Position numbers and translations under genes: made by a program. 64,000 bases of DNA from the human T2T-CHM13v2.0 reference genome, Homo sapiens: the NCBI RefSeq assembly GCF_009914755.1, contig NC_060947.1. The stretch is one strand, 5' to 3'. Positions 26,751 to 41,630 of this stretch are shown in pieces. A model generated the notes under the pieces. The model was not told the origin of the DNA and did not search any database. It worked only from the letters and a program-made list of their open reading frames with translations. Every line of letters begins with the position of its first letter. Positions within the stretch are counted from its first letter, which is position 1.

Positions 26751-26869
26751 CTTAATCCATATGCTTTGCCTGGAGCAACTGATTCTCCATAGAAGAAAAC
26801 TCACACCTAAGCTGCTTGGTCCCATTATTTGAAAATGTTTGGGAAGTACTGCCTTGGATGACTGTTTCA

Positions 26870-28500
<1,631 letters not shown>

Positions 28501-28551
28501 TTCCACACTAATCCAGCTTTTCCCTGGGCTGACAAGTGCAAGTTCTCTTGC

Positions 28552-28576
28552 GTCTGTCTGTCTGTCTGTCTCTCTG

Positions 28577-28655
<79 letters not shown>

Positions 28656-28658
28656 TGT
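28552..28658. repeat. Compound microsatellite (TCTG)n(TC)n(TG)n
   Basis: Read directly from the sequence. Confidence 0.95.
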
Positions 28659-28764
28659 GGACACAAAGTGGTTGGTGGCTGAGAGCTTGAGCCTCCTTTT
28701 TTGAGTCCTCTTTCTAATGACCTGCATGCCAGATTCTAAGCTTTCTTACCATCTGTTCTCGTAT

Positions 28765-28890
28765 GTGTGTTATTTCATCTGTAAAATAGGGATAATGATC
28801 ACCTCATGGATATTTTATGAGAATAAATGAGCTATGTGTGAAAAGCACTTAAAACAGTGCTCTGCAAATGTAAATACTATACTGGTGTTA
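28765..28890 (+). mobile_element. MIR SINE 3' part
   Basis: 'tttcatctgtaaaatagggataatgatcacctcatgg...tgagaataaatgagctatgtgtgaaaagcactt'. Confidence 0.75.
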
Positions 28891-29078
28891 GGAATAAAAA
28901 TAAAGGAAAAGAAAGAAGGAAGGAAAACAAATATGTTGTAGATAGTGAACATTTCTGAAGGTACATATGTGAATGTACACAAGCACACCTTCTCATTACA
29001 GCATGTCTGGGGCACAGTCATAGAAGTCCAAGGCATCTGGGATACGCATGCACACAGTATACAGGAGAGCAGACCTCC

Positions 29079-29169
29079 CGACTTGCTTTCTCTCCTCCAT
29101 GCCTTGAGTGTAGGACCGTTGGCATCTTAATTACCCTCCCACACCCAAGGCTTGCAGAAGAGCGAGCCT
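29079..29169 (+). ncRNA. MIR532: pre-miR-532
   Basis: Contains miR-532-5p CATGCCTTGAGTGTAGGACCGT (from 29098) and 3p CCTCCCACACCCAAGGCTTGCA in a hairpin. Confidence 0.97.
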
Positions 29170-29433
29170 TCTCTTCCCTCTCCAGTGCATAGGCATGAGC
29201 ACATGGACAGGTACACCAAAGGGAGGTAGACCCTCTCTTACGTGCTCTGTATGTGGGGTACACTGTTAGCAGCCATCCCATCTGGATGACTGTCCTGCTT
29301 CCATGGCCACTGCTCCTAGTTTACCCATCAGCACTCCTGTGGCTATCTTGCTGCCCACTTGCACCCCCCAGGCCAGTGCCTCTTGCCTCCTAGAGCATAC
29401 CCATATGTCGTGCCAAGAGAGCAAGCCCTTCCC

Positions 29434-29519
29434 TGCTCCCTCTCTCACATCCCTTGCATGGTGGAGGGTGAGCTTTCTGAAAACCCCTCCCACATGCAGG
29501 GTTTGCAGGATGGCGAGCC
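29434..29519 (+). ncRNA. MIR188: pre-miR-188
   Basis: Contains CATCCCTTGCATGGTGGAGGG (5p) and CTCCCACATGCAGGGTTTGCA (3p). Confidence 0.97.
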
Positions 29520-30499
29520 TCAGCTTTCCTTGCTCTCTTGTGCATGTGTATATACACATACGCACTCCTTCACCAAAAGAAAAACACACACCCATGTGGT
29601 GGGAAGGAGAATGACTCTCAGCCATGTCCTTTCTCCCATCTCAGTCTTACATGGATCCTGCAGGAGAGGGAGACTTCTCTTAGCTTTCTCTTGCACATGG
29701 TGCAGCCCCTCATACTCAGGGATAGGCACAGCCTAGAGAAGGAAGGGGGGTCTTTTGACCTGGTTCTGTCTTAGCGGCACCTAGAGGAGGAGAGAGAACC
29801 TTCTCAGGACTCCTGTACATGGGGCATGATGAAAAGGGAGTCTTCTAGCTAATTCTCACAAACCCAGTTTGTGAGGAAAATTGTGTCTATATCATAACCA
29901 TATGCAAAGATGTAATATGCACACACATTTTGGGTTCAGAAAGTAGAATCCACTCACTGTGCCATGCCTTTCCATATGCACACTTGTTTGCTCAAGAGGG
30001 TGTGTGAAGATCTGTCTTCTTAGACACTCATGTAGATATGAGTCAGATTGTGAGTTTTCTCTGTTATCTCCCCAGACCCAGGATTTGCAGCCGATTCATT
30101 TGGTGAGCCACTCATTCATTCAGCAAATATTTATCGAGCAGCTACTGTGTGTTGGGTACTCCCCTATGCACCAGGGATACACCAGTGACCAAAAGACAAG
30201 AATCCCTGCCCTAGTGAGGGGAGGCAGGTAGTGAACAAAATAAGTAAGTAATAGATAGTGTGCCAATTGTTGATAAGTGCTCTGGAGAATAATAAGGCAG
30301 GAAAAGGGGACAAGGAGTGGGTGGGGGTAGTTACAGCATAGATGGTGGTGGAGAAGTTTCGATATCAAATAGGGTAGTCAGGAAAGGCCTACTGTGTTCT
30401 AGGAACAACAAAGAGCCATTGTGGCAGAAGCATAGGGCTGGGAAGTAGTAAGTTACAATGGAAAAAGGGAAAGCTGATAATTACTATGTATCTCTAAAA

Positions 30500-31960
<1,461 letters not shown>

Positions 31961-32245
31961 TTTGCTTCACAAGTATGGTTCTGACTGTTGTATGGCAAAT
32001 AGGAGGAGAAAGTGCAGAAACTGGGAGACCAGTTAGGAGGCCATTGAAATAATTCAGTTGAGAGATGGATGGAGGCCTACATCAGGGTGATCGTGGTGAA
32101 GGTAGTAAAAAGTGGTTATATTTTAAAGTTACAGCCAGTTGAGTTTACTGATACATTGCATGTGAAGTGTGAGAGAAAGAGGAGTAGGAGACTGAGCCCT
32201 CTCTTCCCTCTTTGTCACATATGAGTTGGGTACATATGCTGACAC

Positions 32246-32320
32246 TGCCTCTTTAATCTGTAGCATCCGCATGCAAGTGCTGTCCCAGTGCAGTACACCT
32301 GGGCTAGGACTCACAGATGG
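32246..32320 (+). pseudogene. Degenerate miR-500/362-family hairpin copy
   Basis: tttaatc...aagtgctgtcccagtgcagtacacctgggctaggactca aligns to mir-502 'tagtgctggctcaatgcaatgcacctgggcaaggattca'. Confidence 0.65.
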
Positions 32321-32587
32321 TATGTTATGCACAGAGCAGAGAGTGCCTGTCACCTCTCCTAGTTCCTTTCAGAGAGCTTTTTGAATGCCTGTTGGATTTG
32401 GGGATCCAATAGTGGCAAGAGCATCAGGGACCCTGGTTTTACTGTGGGGTGAGCTTGTGCCAGAGAACACAGTTCATCATTCCCATTCAGCCTGCCTTCA
32501 TGTGTTCAAGGGGCTGGAAAAGGGGAGCTTTTTCTTTCCTAACTCCCATGCTATCCTTGGGGTACAGGTGCCTGAGCCTTCTCATTT

Positions 32588-32669
32588 GCTCCTTCTCTTT
32601 AATCCTTGATACTGGTACTAGTGCTCTCCACATGCAATGCACCTTGGCAGGGATTCAGATGGGGTGAGC
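32588..32669 (+). pseudogene. miR-500/502-family hairpin copy, not one of the eight recognised genes
   Basis: taatccttgatactggtactagtgct...tgcaatgcaccttggcagggattcaga, with flanks caggtgcctgagccttct and ggaaggacagagcc shared with mir-501/502. Confidence 0.85.
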
Positions 32670-33307
32670 CTTAGCTGCAGATGGAAGGACAGAGCCCTTG
32701 TACATCGCCTACCTCTCCTGCTGCCTGCCAGTATTATTTACTCCTGTAGGGAGCCAGAAGAGAACAGTACAGCCACAGTCCCCTGAGTGTACTGCCTAGC
32801 TAGCACATATAGGAGGATAAAGCTCATTTGTACTCACTGTGCAGGTGTGCACACATGCTGGGGATACTGGAGAATGAATTTACTTTAGTTCCCACCCCCC
32901 AAGCACCCCACCTTGTCCCCCAGGATGGTCAGGCATCTAGGGATGTAGACCTGTATACACGGAGTCCCACTGATCAGGTAAGCAGTGGGTGGTTCCTTCC
33001 TGCCCTAACTCTACTCTCTTTGCCCTCCCAGAAAGGGCAGTGAGCTGTCTCGGCATTCTTCCCTTAGGTAGCTGTTGAATGAAGATGCACTTCCTTGTTA
33101 ATGTTCTCTCTCACAATCACAGATACACAAATACTCGTATATGCACATGTGCACAAGCAAGGCATACAGGAGAATGAGCATGCAAGGGAGGCCCACATGT
33201 GGCTGGGTGCCCAGCATATGCAGACATGTGAGCATACAGGGACAGGAGAGACAGGAGCCTTTTTGATTATACTCACAGGGCCAGATGCCCCCATCTTTAC
33301 TCATTTT

Positions 33308-33310
33308 CTG

Positions 33311-33398
<88 letters not shown>
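33308..33398. repeat. (TC)n(CA)n microsatellite
   Basis: Read directly from the sequence. Confidence 0.95.
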
Positions 33399-33402
<4 letters not shown>

Positions 33403-33684
33403 AGAGTGGAACTTCTGATGTTTTCCTTCATATCCCTTATGTGAAGGGGCGTGAACTTTGTTGACCTAGGGAGATTGAAGGAGAACCTCATCAACTCACA
33501 CGTGAGGAATTTAAGAGGATGAATCTGTGTATCCCCTTGTGCAGGCACTCACACTCACAGATACTCGGACCTCTTCTCTCTCACCTGTCCCTTGCATGCA
33601 GGAGTTTCACCATCCCCCTTAAAAATGCACATTCATTCAAACACATATATACATAAAAATAGAGAGTAAGAGGTAAAAATATTG

Positions 33685-33880
33685 ACGGCTGTGTGCCAGG
33701 TACTATACTTTATTTCATTTTCTTGACACCATTTAAGAGGTAGGCTTTAAATTGTCCTCATTCTTCAAAAGTGTTTAACTTGACCTTGGGAAAATCAGGT
33801 CGATTCTCTAGGCTAATATGTGGTAGAGCGTGCATTTGAACCAAGGTTCGTAGATACCAAAGTGCCTGGTTTTTCCACTA
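33685..33880 (-). mobile_element. MIR SINE
   Basis: 'tgtgtgccaggtactatacttt...gtggtagagc...atttgaaccaagg'. Confidence 0.55.
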
Positions 33881-33882
33881 CA

Positions 33883-34053
33883 TTAGTGATTCTCCCAGTG
33901 TAGTCCCTGGACCAGTAGCATCAGTATCACCTGAGAACTTGTTAGAAATGCAAATTCTTGGGTCTCACCCCAGACTCACCAAGTCAGAAACCTCTGTAAC
34001 CTGTATATTACCCAGGTCTTCAGATGATTCTGGTGCATGTTAGAGAACAACTG
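33883..34053 (+). mobile_element. MER5A-type MITE
   Basis: 'gtccctggaccagtagcatcagtatcacctgagaacttgttagaaatgcaaattct'. Confidence 0.85.
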
Positions 34054-34355
34054 TGCTAAACTGTACTGCCTTCTTGTTGCATAGTCACACAAAGCATTTG
34101 CGGGATCATGAGCTTTGGCGTTATATTCATTCTCTCTTTCCTCCCTTTCACACTCCTCTCTCCTCCCAGTCTCTTTATAGGTTTATACTTTTTTGTTGTT
34201 ACTATCTGAGAGAACAGACAAAATGTGTGTTTAACTAGACATCTTTAATGCAAAGCTCAAGAACTGTTCTCTTTACTTCTATATCATGACAAGTAAGTAC
34301 CTTGTGTGAAGAAGAATGAGCCCTCTCACTGAACATTCACAGGGCTTTGTGTTCT

Positions 34356-34439
34356 GCTCCCCCTCTCTAATCCTTGCTACCTGGGTGAGAGTGCTGTCTG
34401 AATGCAATGCACCTGGGCAAGGATTCTGAGAGCGAGAGC
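34356..34439 (+). ncRNA. MIR500A: pre-miR-500a
   Basis: TAATCCTTGCTACCTGGGTGAGA (5p) and ATGCACCTGGGCAAGGATTCTG (3p). Confidence 0.97.
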
Positions 34440-34888
34440 TTCATCTTCGTGTAGGACAGAGCGTCTTTCTGTCCTCCTATCATCCATTCCACAAGTATTT
34501 ATTGACCACCTTTTCTGTATATGATACTAAGTTGAGTAATGAGCATACAGTTGCTAACAAGACATGCTTGGTCCCTACCCTCATGGAGCTACAGTTGAGG
34601 AAGAAGAATGGAATTCCTCATCATCCATTACACCTACATGCCCTGAGAGTGGGTGGGCCACAGAGTGGACTTCTCATTACCACTGTCACCCACAAACATA
34701 CACAAAAGCATGAATCTTCTCTGATCTCACATGGAACTCTGCAGGAGAAAAGATTCTCTGCCTTTCTGTAAAGTCCCTAGTAAATGACACTGTATATACA
34801 TGAGAGTGAGACTTGGTTATAGCTACACATGCACACATACAAACACACAAAAAGGGCAGGTGTCAGAGCCTTCTTGTCTGCTCCCCCT

Positions 34889-34953
34889 CTTGAATCCTTG
34901 GAACCTAGGTGTGAGTGCTATTTCAGTGCAACACACCTATTCAAGGATTCAAA
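34889..34953 (+). ncRNA. MIR362: pre-miR-362
   Basis: AATCCTTGGAACCTAGGTGTGAGT (5p) and AACACACCTATTCAAGGATTCA (3p). Confidence 0.97.
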
Positions 34954-35646
34954 GAGGCTGAGCCTTGTCTACATGTAGAAGGACCAACAACCTGTCCCCT
35001 TCTTTCACATGTTTGTGTTTGCTATGCGGTGCCAGATCCTGCACTGGGTGGTGGAGATACAACGGTAAATAAGACAGCTAAGGTCCCTGGGCTCTGTAGA
35101 GGGCACCTGTGGGAGAATGAACTTCATCATTGCCCTGGACAAGCTTACACCTCTTTGAGAGCATGAGCTTTCTGTTTACTCCCAGCTTACTATGTGTCAG
35201 ATACTGTAATGGGGAAACACACATTGGGTGATGAGACTTGCACAGCCAGTCTTTGCTCTCAGTGAGCTTATAGTTTACCAGAGAAACAGAAGAGAATGAA
35301 GTATCCCAATTTTCTGTACCATCTTCCAACATGTGCATGTACATGTGTGCCCACATACAGTTTGTCCCAACCTCCTTGCTAGGCCCCAAATACATCCAGC
35401 ACCTGCAGACCCTCAAGTGTGATCTGAAAAAGATGCCACTCATATCTTTCATTCTAGTCTGAGGTTTTGTCTGAGAGGGCATGTCCATGTGGCCTTGTGC
35501 AGGGGGATGAATACATATGCTATCCCTGAGGAGAGGCATCTGTCTTAGCAAATGCACACAGAGATACTTTGCAGGAATGGGACCATGAAAGTCAAATATA
35601 TATGGAGATATACATGCAGGGTGCAGGTGCCTGAGTCTTCTGCTCT

Positions 35647-35730
35647 GCTCTTCCTCTCTAATCCTTTGTCCCTGGGTGAGAGTGCTTTCTGAATGCAATG
35701 CACCCGGGCAAGGATTCTGAGAGGGTGAGC
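35647..35730 (+). ncRNA. MIR501: pre-miR-501
   Basis: AATCCTTTGTCCCTGGGTGAGA (5p) and AATGCACCCGGGCAAGGATTCT (3p). Confidence 0.97.
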
Positions 35731-36060
35731 CCCCTCTGCGTGGAGAACAGAAGATCTGTATGTCACCTCTCAGCTGCTTGCTGCTTGCCTGCCTGCTCTC
35801 TGACCCTCATTCATTCTTTCCTTCCACAAATAATATGTATTGGGCACCATGATGGGCATTGGACACAGAGAAATGAACAAGGCAGACTTCGCCCCTGCCT
35901 TCCTGGATATTATAGCCTGAGAGGAGAATGGACTTTGTCACCACTCATTGCCCCTGCATATACTGAGGGTGAGTGGGCCACATAGGAACTTCTTATCTAC
36001 CCTCTTCCCACCTTAACCCACCCATAAGTGTGAGTCTTCTCATTCCTGCTGTCACATTGA

Positions 36061-36498
<438 letters not shown>

Positions 36499-36596
36499 TA
36501 GTTCAATGCAAGGTTAATGCACTAGGCAAGAACAGCAAGCCTTCTTGTTAGATGCACATGTGAGGTGTACAGGTACTGGAATCTCCTGTCCTGGTT

Positions 36597-36675
36597 CCCC
36601 CTCTCTAATCCTTGCTACCTGGGTGAGAGTGCTTTCTGAATGCAGTGCACCCAGGCAAGGATTCTGCAAGGGGGA
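36597..36675 (+). ncRNA. MIR500B: pre-miR-500b
   Basis: AATCCTTGCTACCTGGGT (5p) and GCACCCAGGCAAGGATTCTG (3p). Confidence 0.95.
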
Positions 36676-37049
36676 GTGACATCTTCGCATAGGACAGAGC
36701 ACTTCTACCTCCTCCTTCCATCCTTTCTATGACTATTTGTTGAGTACCTACCTACTCTATTGCAGGTGCTGTCCTGGGCAGTTGGCCCACAAGAGAATGA
36801 GCCATATCTGGTTCCCTACCTTCATGGAGTGTACAGTTCAGGGAGGAGAATGGACTCCTTCTCATTCATTATATCTGCATGTCCTGAGGGTGGGTGGGGT
36901 ACAGGGTGGGTGGGGTACAGATACATGTTGGAGAATCTACTAAACCTCAGTACAATCACACATAAATACGCTGTGTGCAAGAGAAAGGGCCTGACTTGGT
37001 TACATCCACAGAGACATGTCCTCACAGAGTGGTCCCTCTGACCTGGTGC

Positions 37050-37154
37050 ATCACTCACATTCTTTCAGCCTGTGTGCCAGTACTGCCTTGACTCACTGTC
37101 CCTTTTCAAGAATTCCAAGGGAAGAAGCCTTGTCTACACTTAAAAGGACAGAGC
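37050..37154 (+). pseudogene. Highly decayed miR-500/362-family copy
   Basis: 'cattctttcagcctgtgtgccagtactg...ttcaagaattc' followed by the array flank agccttgtctacacttaaaaggacagagc. Confidence 0.5.
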
Positions 37155-37787
37155 TTTTGCACATCAACTCTCCCTCCTCTTCCTTCCACAGATACTCAAG
37201 TGTCTATTAGACAGCAGGTATTATGTTCATCACCAAGGATATAGCAGGGATCAAAATGGACAGGTTGCTACCCTACATTCTGGTAGGGACTCATAAACAC
37301 ACTATACATAAATGTTGTGGATGAATAGGCCACTGTTCAAAAGAATGAAGTAGATCTATATGTTCCTTGTTACCCAGTCTGCATGCACAAGCATGTGCAG
37401 GTTCTGCTCAAGTGAAATTCTCAAATGTCCCCAATCCTTGTACACCAGACACACTCAGAGACATGGCCCTGCATGCAGAGAACCCCACCTACTGAAAGGG
37501 TAGGAGATGGAGCCTGTTGTGCTCTCCTCTCTCCCATTCTCAGCGTGCAAGCCAGTGAGCTTCCTTAACTCCCTTATAGATGGGGATTAAATGAGGGAAG
37601 TCTTCTTACTGCTACTTTCCTTCTTGCTGCTCTGTATAGGAGAGATCCTTTCATTACTTTTCTGTACAGTCACAGATGAACACACTATATGCGGTGAGCC
37701 TTCCCTGTAAACCCATGTGAGCACATGTGCACACACGCACACGTGCACACACACATACTCTGTATGGCTGCTTGGGCCTTCAGTCCT

Positions 37788-37868
37788 GTTCCCCCTCTTG
37801 AATCCTGGTACCTGGATGCAAGTGCTGTGTCAATGCGGTGCACCCAGGCAAGCATTCCACGGCTGAGC
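37788..37868 (+). pseudogene. miR-500b/362-like hairpin copy, not one of the eight recognised genes
   Basis: ccccctcttgaatcctggtacctggatgcaagtgctgtgtcaatgcggtgcacccaggcaagcattcc aligns end to end with mir-500b. Confidence 0.85.
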
Positions 37869-38452
37869 CTTTTCTGCATAGAGCGAAGAACACCTGTTTA
37901 TAATCCCCATCCTTCATTCATTCCCACCTTTAACAAGCAGGGGTGGCGCTCCTGTCATGCACCAGACATGGAGAGACAGGGTGGTCAAGAAAGACACAGA
38001 ACTCATACTCACATGCCTAGTGAGCATGTTTAAGAGAAGGAACTTCCGTTGCCCACATTGTTCATGCATACGTATGTAGCAGAGAGTGAGTCTTCCCATC
38101 ATCCCCTCTCCAACCCCCCAACAGTGCTCAGCTAGAGAACTACAAAAGGTGTGTCTCCCCTTACACAGAGCTGCAGCCACAGTGTGCATAGGATAATGAG
38201 TGTCATTAGCAGCATCTTCTCACTCATGTCTGGTGTGCAAGGCAATAGGCTTTCTACTTGCTGCTTATGCCACCAGAGCTTGAAGGAAAGTGGCCCTACT
38301 TGTCAGTCATCTCACACATGCATATGAAGAAAAGACACTTCACCTTTGTATGGTCATAGGAAAATCACCTGTGAGCCAGAGAGTGCTGTTTCTTTTGTAC
38401 ATACACACAAACACAATGGATTTGAAGATGCTCGAGCCTTCTATTCAGGTTG

Positions 38453-38529
38453 TCCCTCTCTTTCATTCTTCGTAGTTGGGTACAAATGCTATTCCAGTCC
38501 ATTGCCTTGTACAAAAATTCAGAGAGGGA
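38453..38529 (+). pseudogene. Highly decayed miR-500-family copy
   Basis: gagccttct...ccctctc...ttgggtacaaatgctattcc...aattcagagaggg. Confidence 0.5.
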
Positions 38530-38612
38530 ATCTCATCCATGTTTAAAAGTGTAGAGTCTTTGCATCACCCCTCTATGTCCCATTATTTCATTTCTTTAAG
38601 TTATGTATAGAG

Positions 38613-38785
38613 CAGTGGTTCTCAGTGTGGTCCCTGGGCCAGCAGCATCTGTATCACCTAGGAGCTTGTTCAAAATGCCAATTCTTGGGCTCATCCCTGA
38701 CCTACTACACCATAAACCATGGAAATCTGTACTTTACCAAGGCTCTCAACTGATTCTGATGCTCACTTAAGTTTGAGAATCACTG
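38613..38785 (+). mobile_element. MER5A-type MITE
   Basis: cagtggttctc...gtttgagaatcactg TIRs and the MER5 internal motif. Confidence 0.85.
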
Positions 38786-39054
38786 ATTTAGTATAAGTGC
38801 TAGCTAGGGGCAGTGATAAGCTAGTCAGGTGAAGGGTGGAAGAGAATGAGCTCCTGCATTGCTCATGTACGTTCCCAATGCCGAGTCCATGCAGACTGTG
38901 GCAGGGAAGCCATCATTTCATTACTGTCTCCACCTCCTCCATAACCACACATTCAGTGAGCACATGAGGCTAAGTGAACACACAACAAGTACTTTATTAG
39001 GGAATAGACTTGGCACTGCTTCTCCAGGCGTGCACCTGACACTTTAATCTCAAT

Positions 39055-39130
39055 CTGTCTCTCTCTCAATCAATCAATCAATCTCTCTCCTCTCTCTCTC
39101 TTTCTCTCTTTCTGTCTTTCTTTCTCTCTC
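39055..39130. repeat. (TCAA)n/(TC)n simple repeat
   Basis: Read directly from the sequence. Confidence 0.85.
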
Positions 39131-39165
39131 CTCCCCCACCCCCCTCCCATGTGCAGAAGAATGAA

Positions 39166-39262
39166 CTGCTCCTTCTCCCATACCCATTGCATATCGGAGT
39201 TGTGAATTCTCAAAACACCTCCTGTGTGCATGGATTACAGGAGGGTGAGCCTTGTCATCGTG
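39166..39262 (+). ncRNA. MIR660: pre-miR-660
   Basis: TACCCATTGCATATCGGAGTTG (5p) and ACCTCCTGTGTGCATGGATTA (3p). Confidence 0.97.
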
Positions 39263-39641
39263 AATCTTCTGCTGAACAATCCAAGTAGCCCGTGTTTATT
39301 GCGCACTTTTGATGTGCCATGAGCTGTGCTGGGAGTACCCTGCTAAATAATGGACAGTGTCTCTCTCCGGGACTTCCTATCTAGTGGAGGTATTAGGTGC
39401 CTAGACTTCCCCAGGCCTAGGCAACAGACACAGGTGTGTCAGGAATTGAGCCTTCTCATTCTCTTATGAATACACATGCTCACATTGTGCATGCATGTGC
39501 ACACACACATGTGTAAGTGTAGAAACATTTCTGTACAAAGCTGAAAGGAAGGAGCCTTATTATCTAAACTTGCCTGCAAGTTTCCTTGCCACACACACTC
39601 AGATGCATGCCTGGTGTGCAGGTGCCTGGACTTTGATTTTT

Positions 39642-39727
39642 GCTTGCCCTCTCCTAGCCTTGCAGCCTAGGCACAAGTGCTGTCTTAGCAGTGCAATGGG
39701 CTTGTGCAAGGATACCAGCTTGTGAGC
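39642..39727 (+). pseudogene. Diverged miR-500-family hairpin copy
   Basis: Upstream gtgcaggtgcctgg; arms ccttgcagcctaggcac and gtgcaatgggcttgtgcaagg; downstream tgagccttgcctatgtgtaggacagagcc. Confidence 0.75.
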
Positions 39728-40071
39728 CTTGCCTATGTGTAGGACAGAGCCTGTCCATCCCTTCTCTTTCCTTTGTTCATTCTTTCAGTCAGTCATTTGT
39801 GTGTGCATGTTTTTGGTCCATTCATTTATTCATCCCTTTAACAAATTTACTGAATTCCTGCTGTTTGGGAATGCCACAGTAAACTAACCTGTCAGAGATG
39901 CCGACCTTACTGTCTAGCAGGCTCATGGAGAATAAGCATCCTCATGTCATCCAACTTCCTGTGAATACATGGGCTCAGGGTGCCAGAAATCAGGCTTTTC
40001 TTTATTCCCTCCCACAGACATGGGTACCTGTGCAAATATATGTGGTGTGCACATCCTGAGCCTGCTGCTCT

Positions 40072-40149
40072 GCTTCCCCTTGTATCCTTGCCACCTAAAT
40101 GTGCATGCTGTCTCAGTGCAGCACCTATTCCAGGACTCTCAGAGGGGCC
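40072..40149 (+). pseudogene. Degenerate miR-362-like copy
   Basis: atccttgccacctaaatgtg...tgctgtctcagtgcagcacctattccagga versus mir-362 atccttggaacctaggtgtg...tcagtgcaacacacctattcaagga. Confidence 0.75.
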
Positions 40150-40522
40150 TTTTTCTGCCCATAGACAGACAAAGTGCCTGTGAGTCACACTTCCTCCTCC
40201 CTCTCCTTCCCCTCTACCTCCCTTTCACAAGTATTGAGCACTTAGTACATGCTAACGCTGTGCTGCCAGGGCAGTGGGCATATGGTATCACACAAGATGG
40301 ACTTGGTTCTTGCCTCAAAGAATATGTGTAGGAGACTTGACTTTTTGTCACCTAATATTCCTGCACGTGCTGAGTTAGTGTGGGCCACAACATGGGACTT
40401 CTTATTGACACCCTCTCCCAACATATACACAATGCAAGACTCTCATTCCTGTTCTCACACAGAGCTGTGTAACAGAGAACCTTCTCTGCTTCGAGCACGG
40501 CAGGTGCCCAAGCCTTCTGCCC

Positions 40523-40608
40523 TGCTCCCCCTCTCTAATCCTTGCTATCTGGGTGCTAGTGCTGGCTCAATGCAATGCACCTGGGCAAGGATTCAGAGAG
40601 GGGGAGCT
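40523..40608 (+). ncRNA. MIR502: pre-miR-502
   Basis: ATCCTTGCTATCTGGGTGCTA (5p) and AATGCACCTGGGCAAGGATTCA (3p). Confidence 0.97.
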
Positions 40609-40883
40609 CAACTGTACCAAGAAGGACAGAGAGCCTAGACATCACCCCTCCCACCCTCCCCTGTCATAGTTTTTGAGTGATGGGTGTGTGTTGGGGAAGC
40701 ACAGAACAGAATAGTTAGGGACTTCAGGTGCTCTGGTGGGCTTGTCTGTGTATTAGAATAAATGTCCTTATTAAATAATGTCCATGTATGCAGGTATCCA
40801 GAGTGAGACAGTGAGCTTTCTCTGTGTTCCCCACCTGCTGTCCACACACAGGGTGGTGGGCGGGAACCAGAGCCTTCTGATTT

Positions 40884-40957
40884 GCTCCCTCACTTCCTTC
40901 CAACCTAGATGTGAGTGCTGTCTCAAGTATTAAGCCAAGGATTCAATGAGATGGAGC
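40884..40957 (+). pseudogene. Degenerate miR-362-like copy with shortened 3' arm
   Basis: cagagccttct...gctccc...aacctagatgtgagtgctgtctca...caaggattcaa...gagccttgcctac. Confidence 0.7.
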
Positions 40958-41541
40958 CTTGCCTACCTATATGTATATATATGGACTGAGTGCATATATG
41001 TCTCTTTTCTTGCCTTCCTATATCTTGAGTTTCTAGAGTGTGACAGATACTCTTTTTAGTGTTAAGGATGCAGTGACAAACGAGAGTCAAAATCACTGGA
41101 TGTGCTCTCTGATGGGCAGCTTTAGAAGAAAAATTCAGACGGGCACAAATGATGGGGGCCAAAGAGAGAGTCTTCCTATTCCCCCCACTCTGTCCCCTCT
41201 GAGGACAGGGAGATGCACACATTCATGAAGATTTACACTTACAGAATGTATAGGAGTTTGAGCTTATAAGCTGCCCTTTATCTTCCAGGACATCCTGAGT
41301 AGAACTGTGAGCTGCCTTTAGATGTCTATTACAGACTCTTCTTGAATTAGAGGGGGTGAAGAGCAAGGGACCCTTCTTATTGCTGATCTTGTATGCACCC
41401 CACACAATATGGAAATGAGAACAGCCTATATCTTTATATTACCTTACTTTAGTCAAATAGAGATGGACTATACATGTCTCTGTTTCAGTCTATCGCTCTC
41501 TCTGTCCGTCTCTCCATCTCTCTCTCTCTCTCACCTAGGGA

Positions 41542-41630
41542 GTACAGGTGCCCATGATCTGATTCACTCCCCTCCTCCCATCCTTAGCGCCTGAGCCTGA
41601 GTGCTTTCTACTGTGACCTCAGCAGTATTC
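41542..41630 (+). pseudogene. Partial terminal miR-500-family copy
   Basis: gtacaggtgccc...ctcccctcc...atccttagcgcctgagcctgagtgctttct. Confidence 0.45.
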
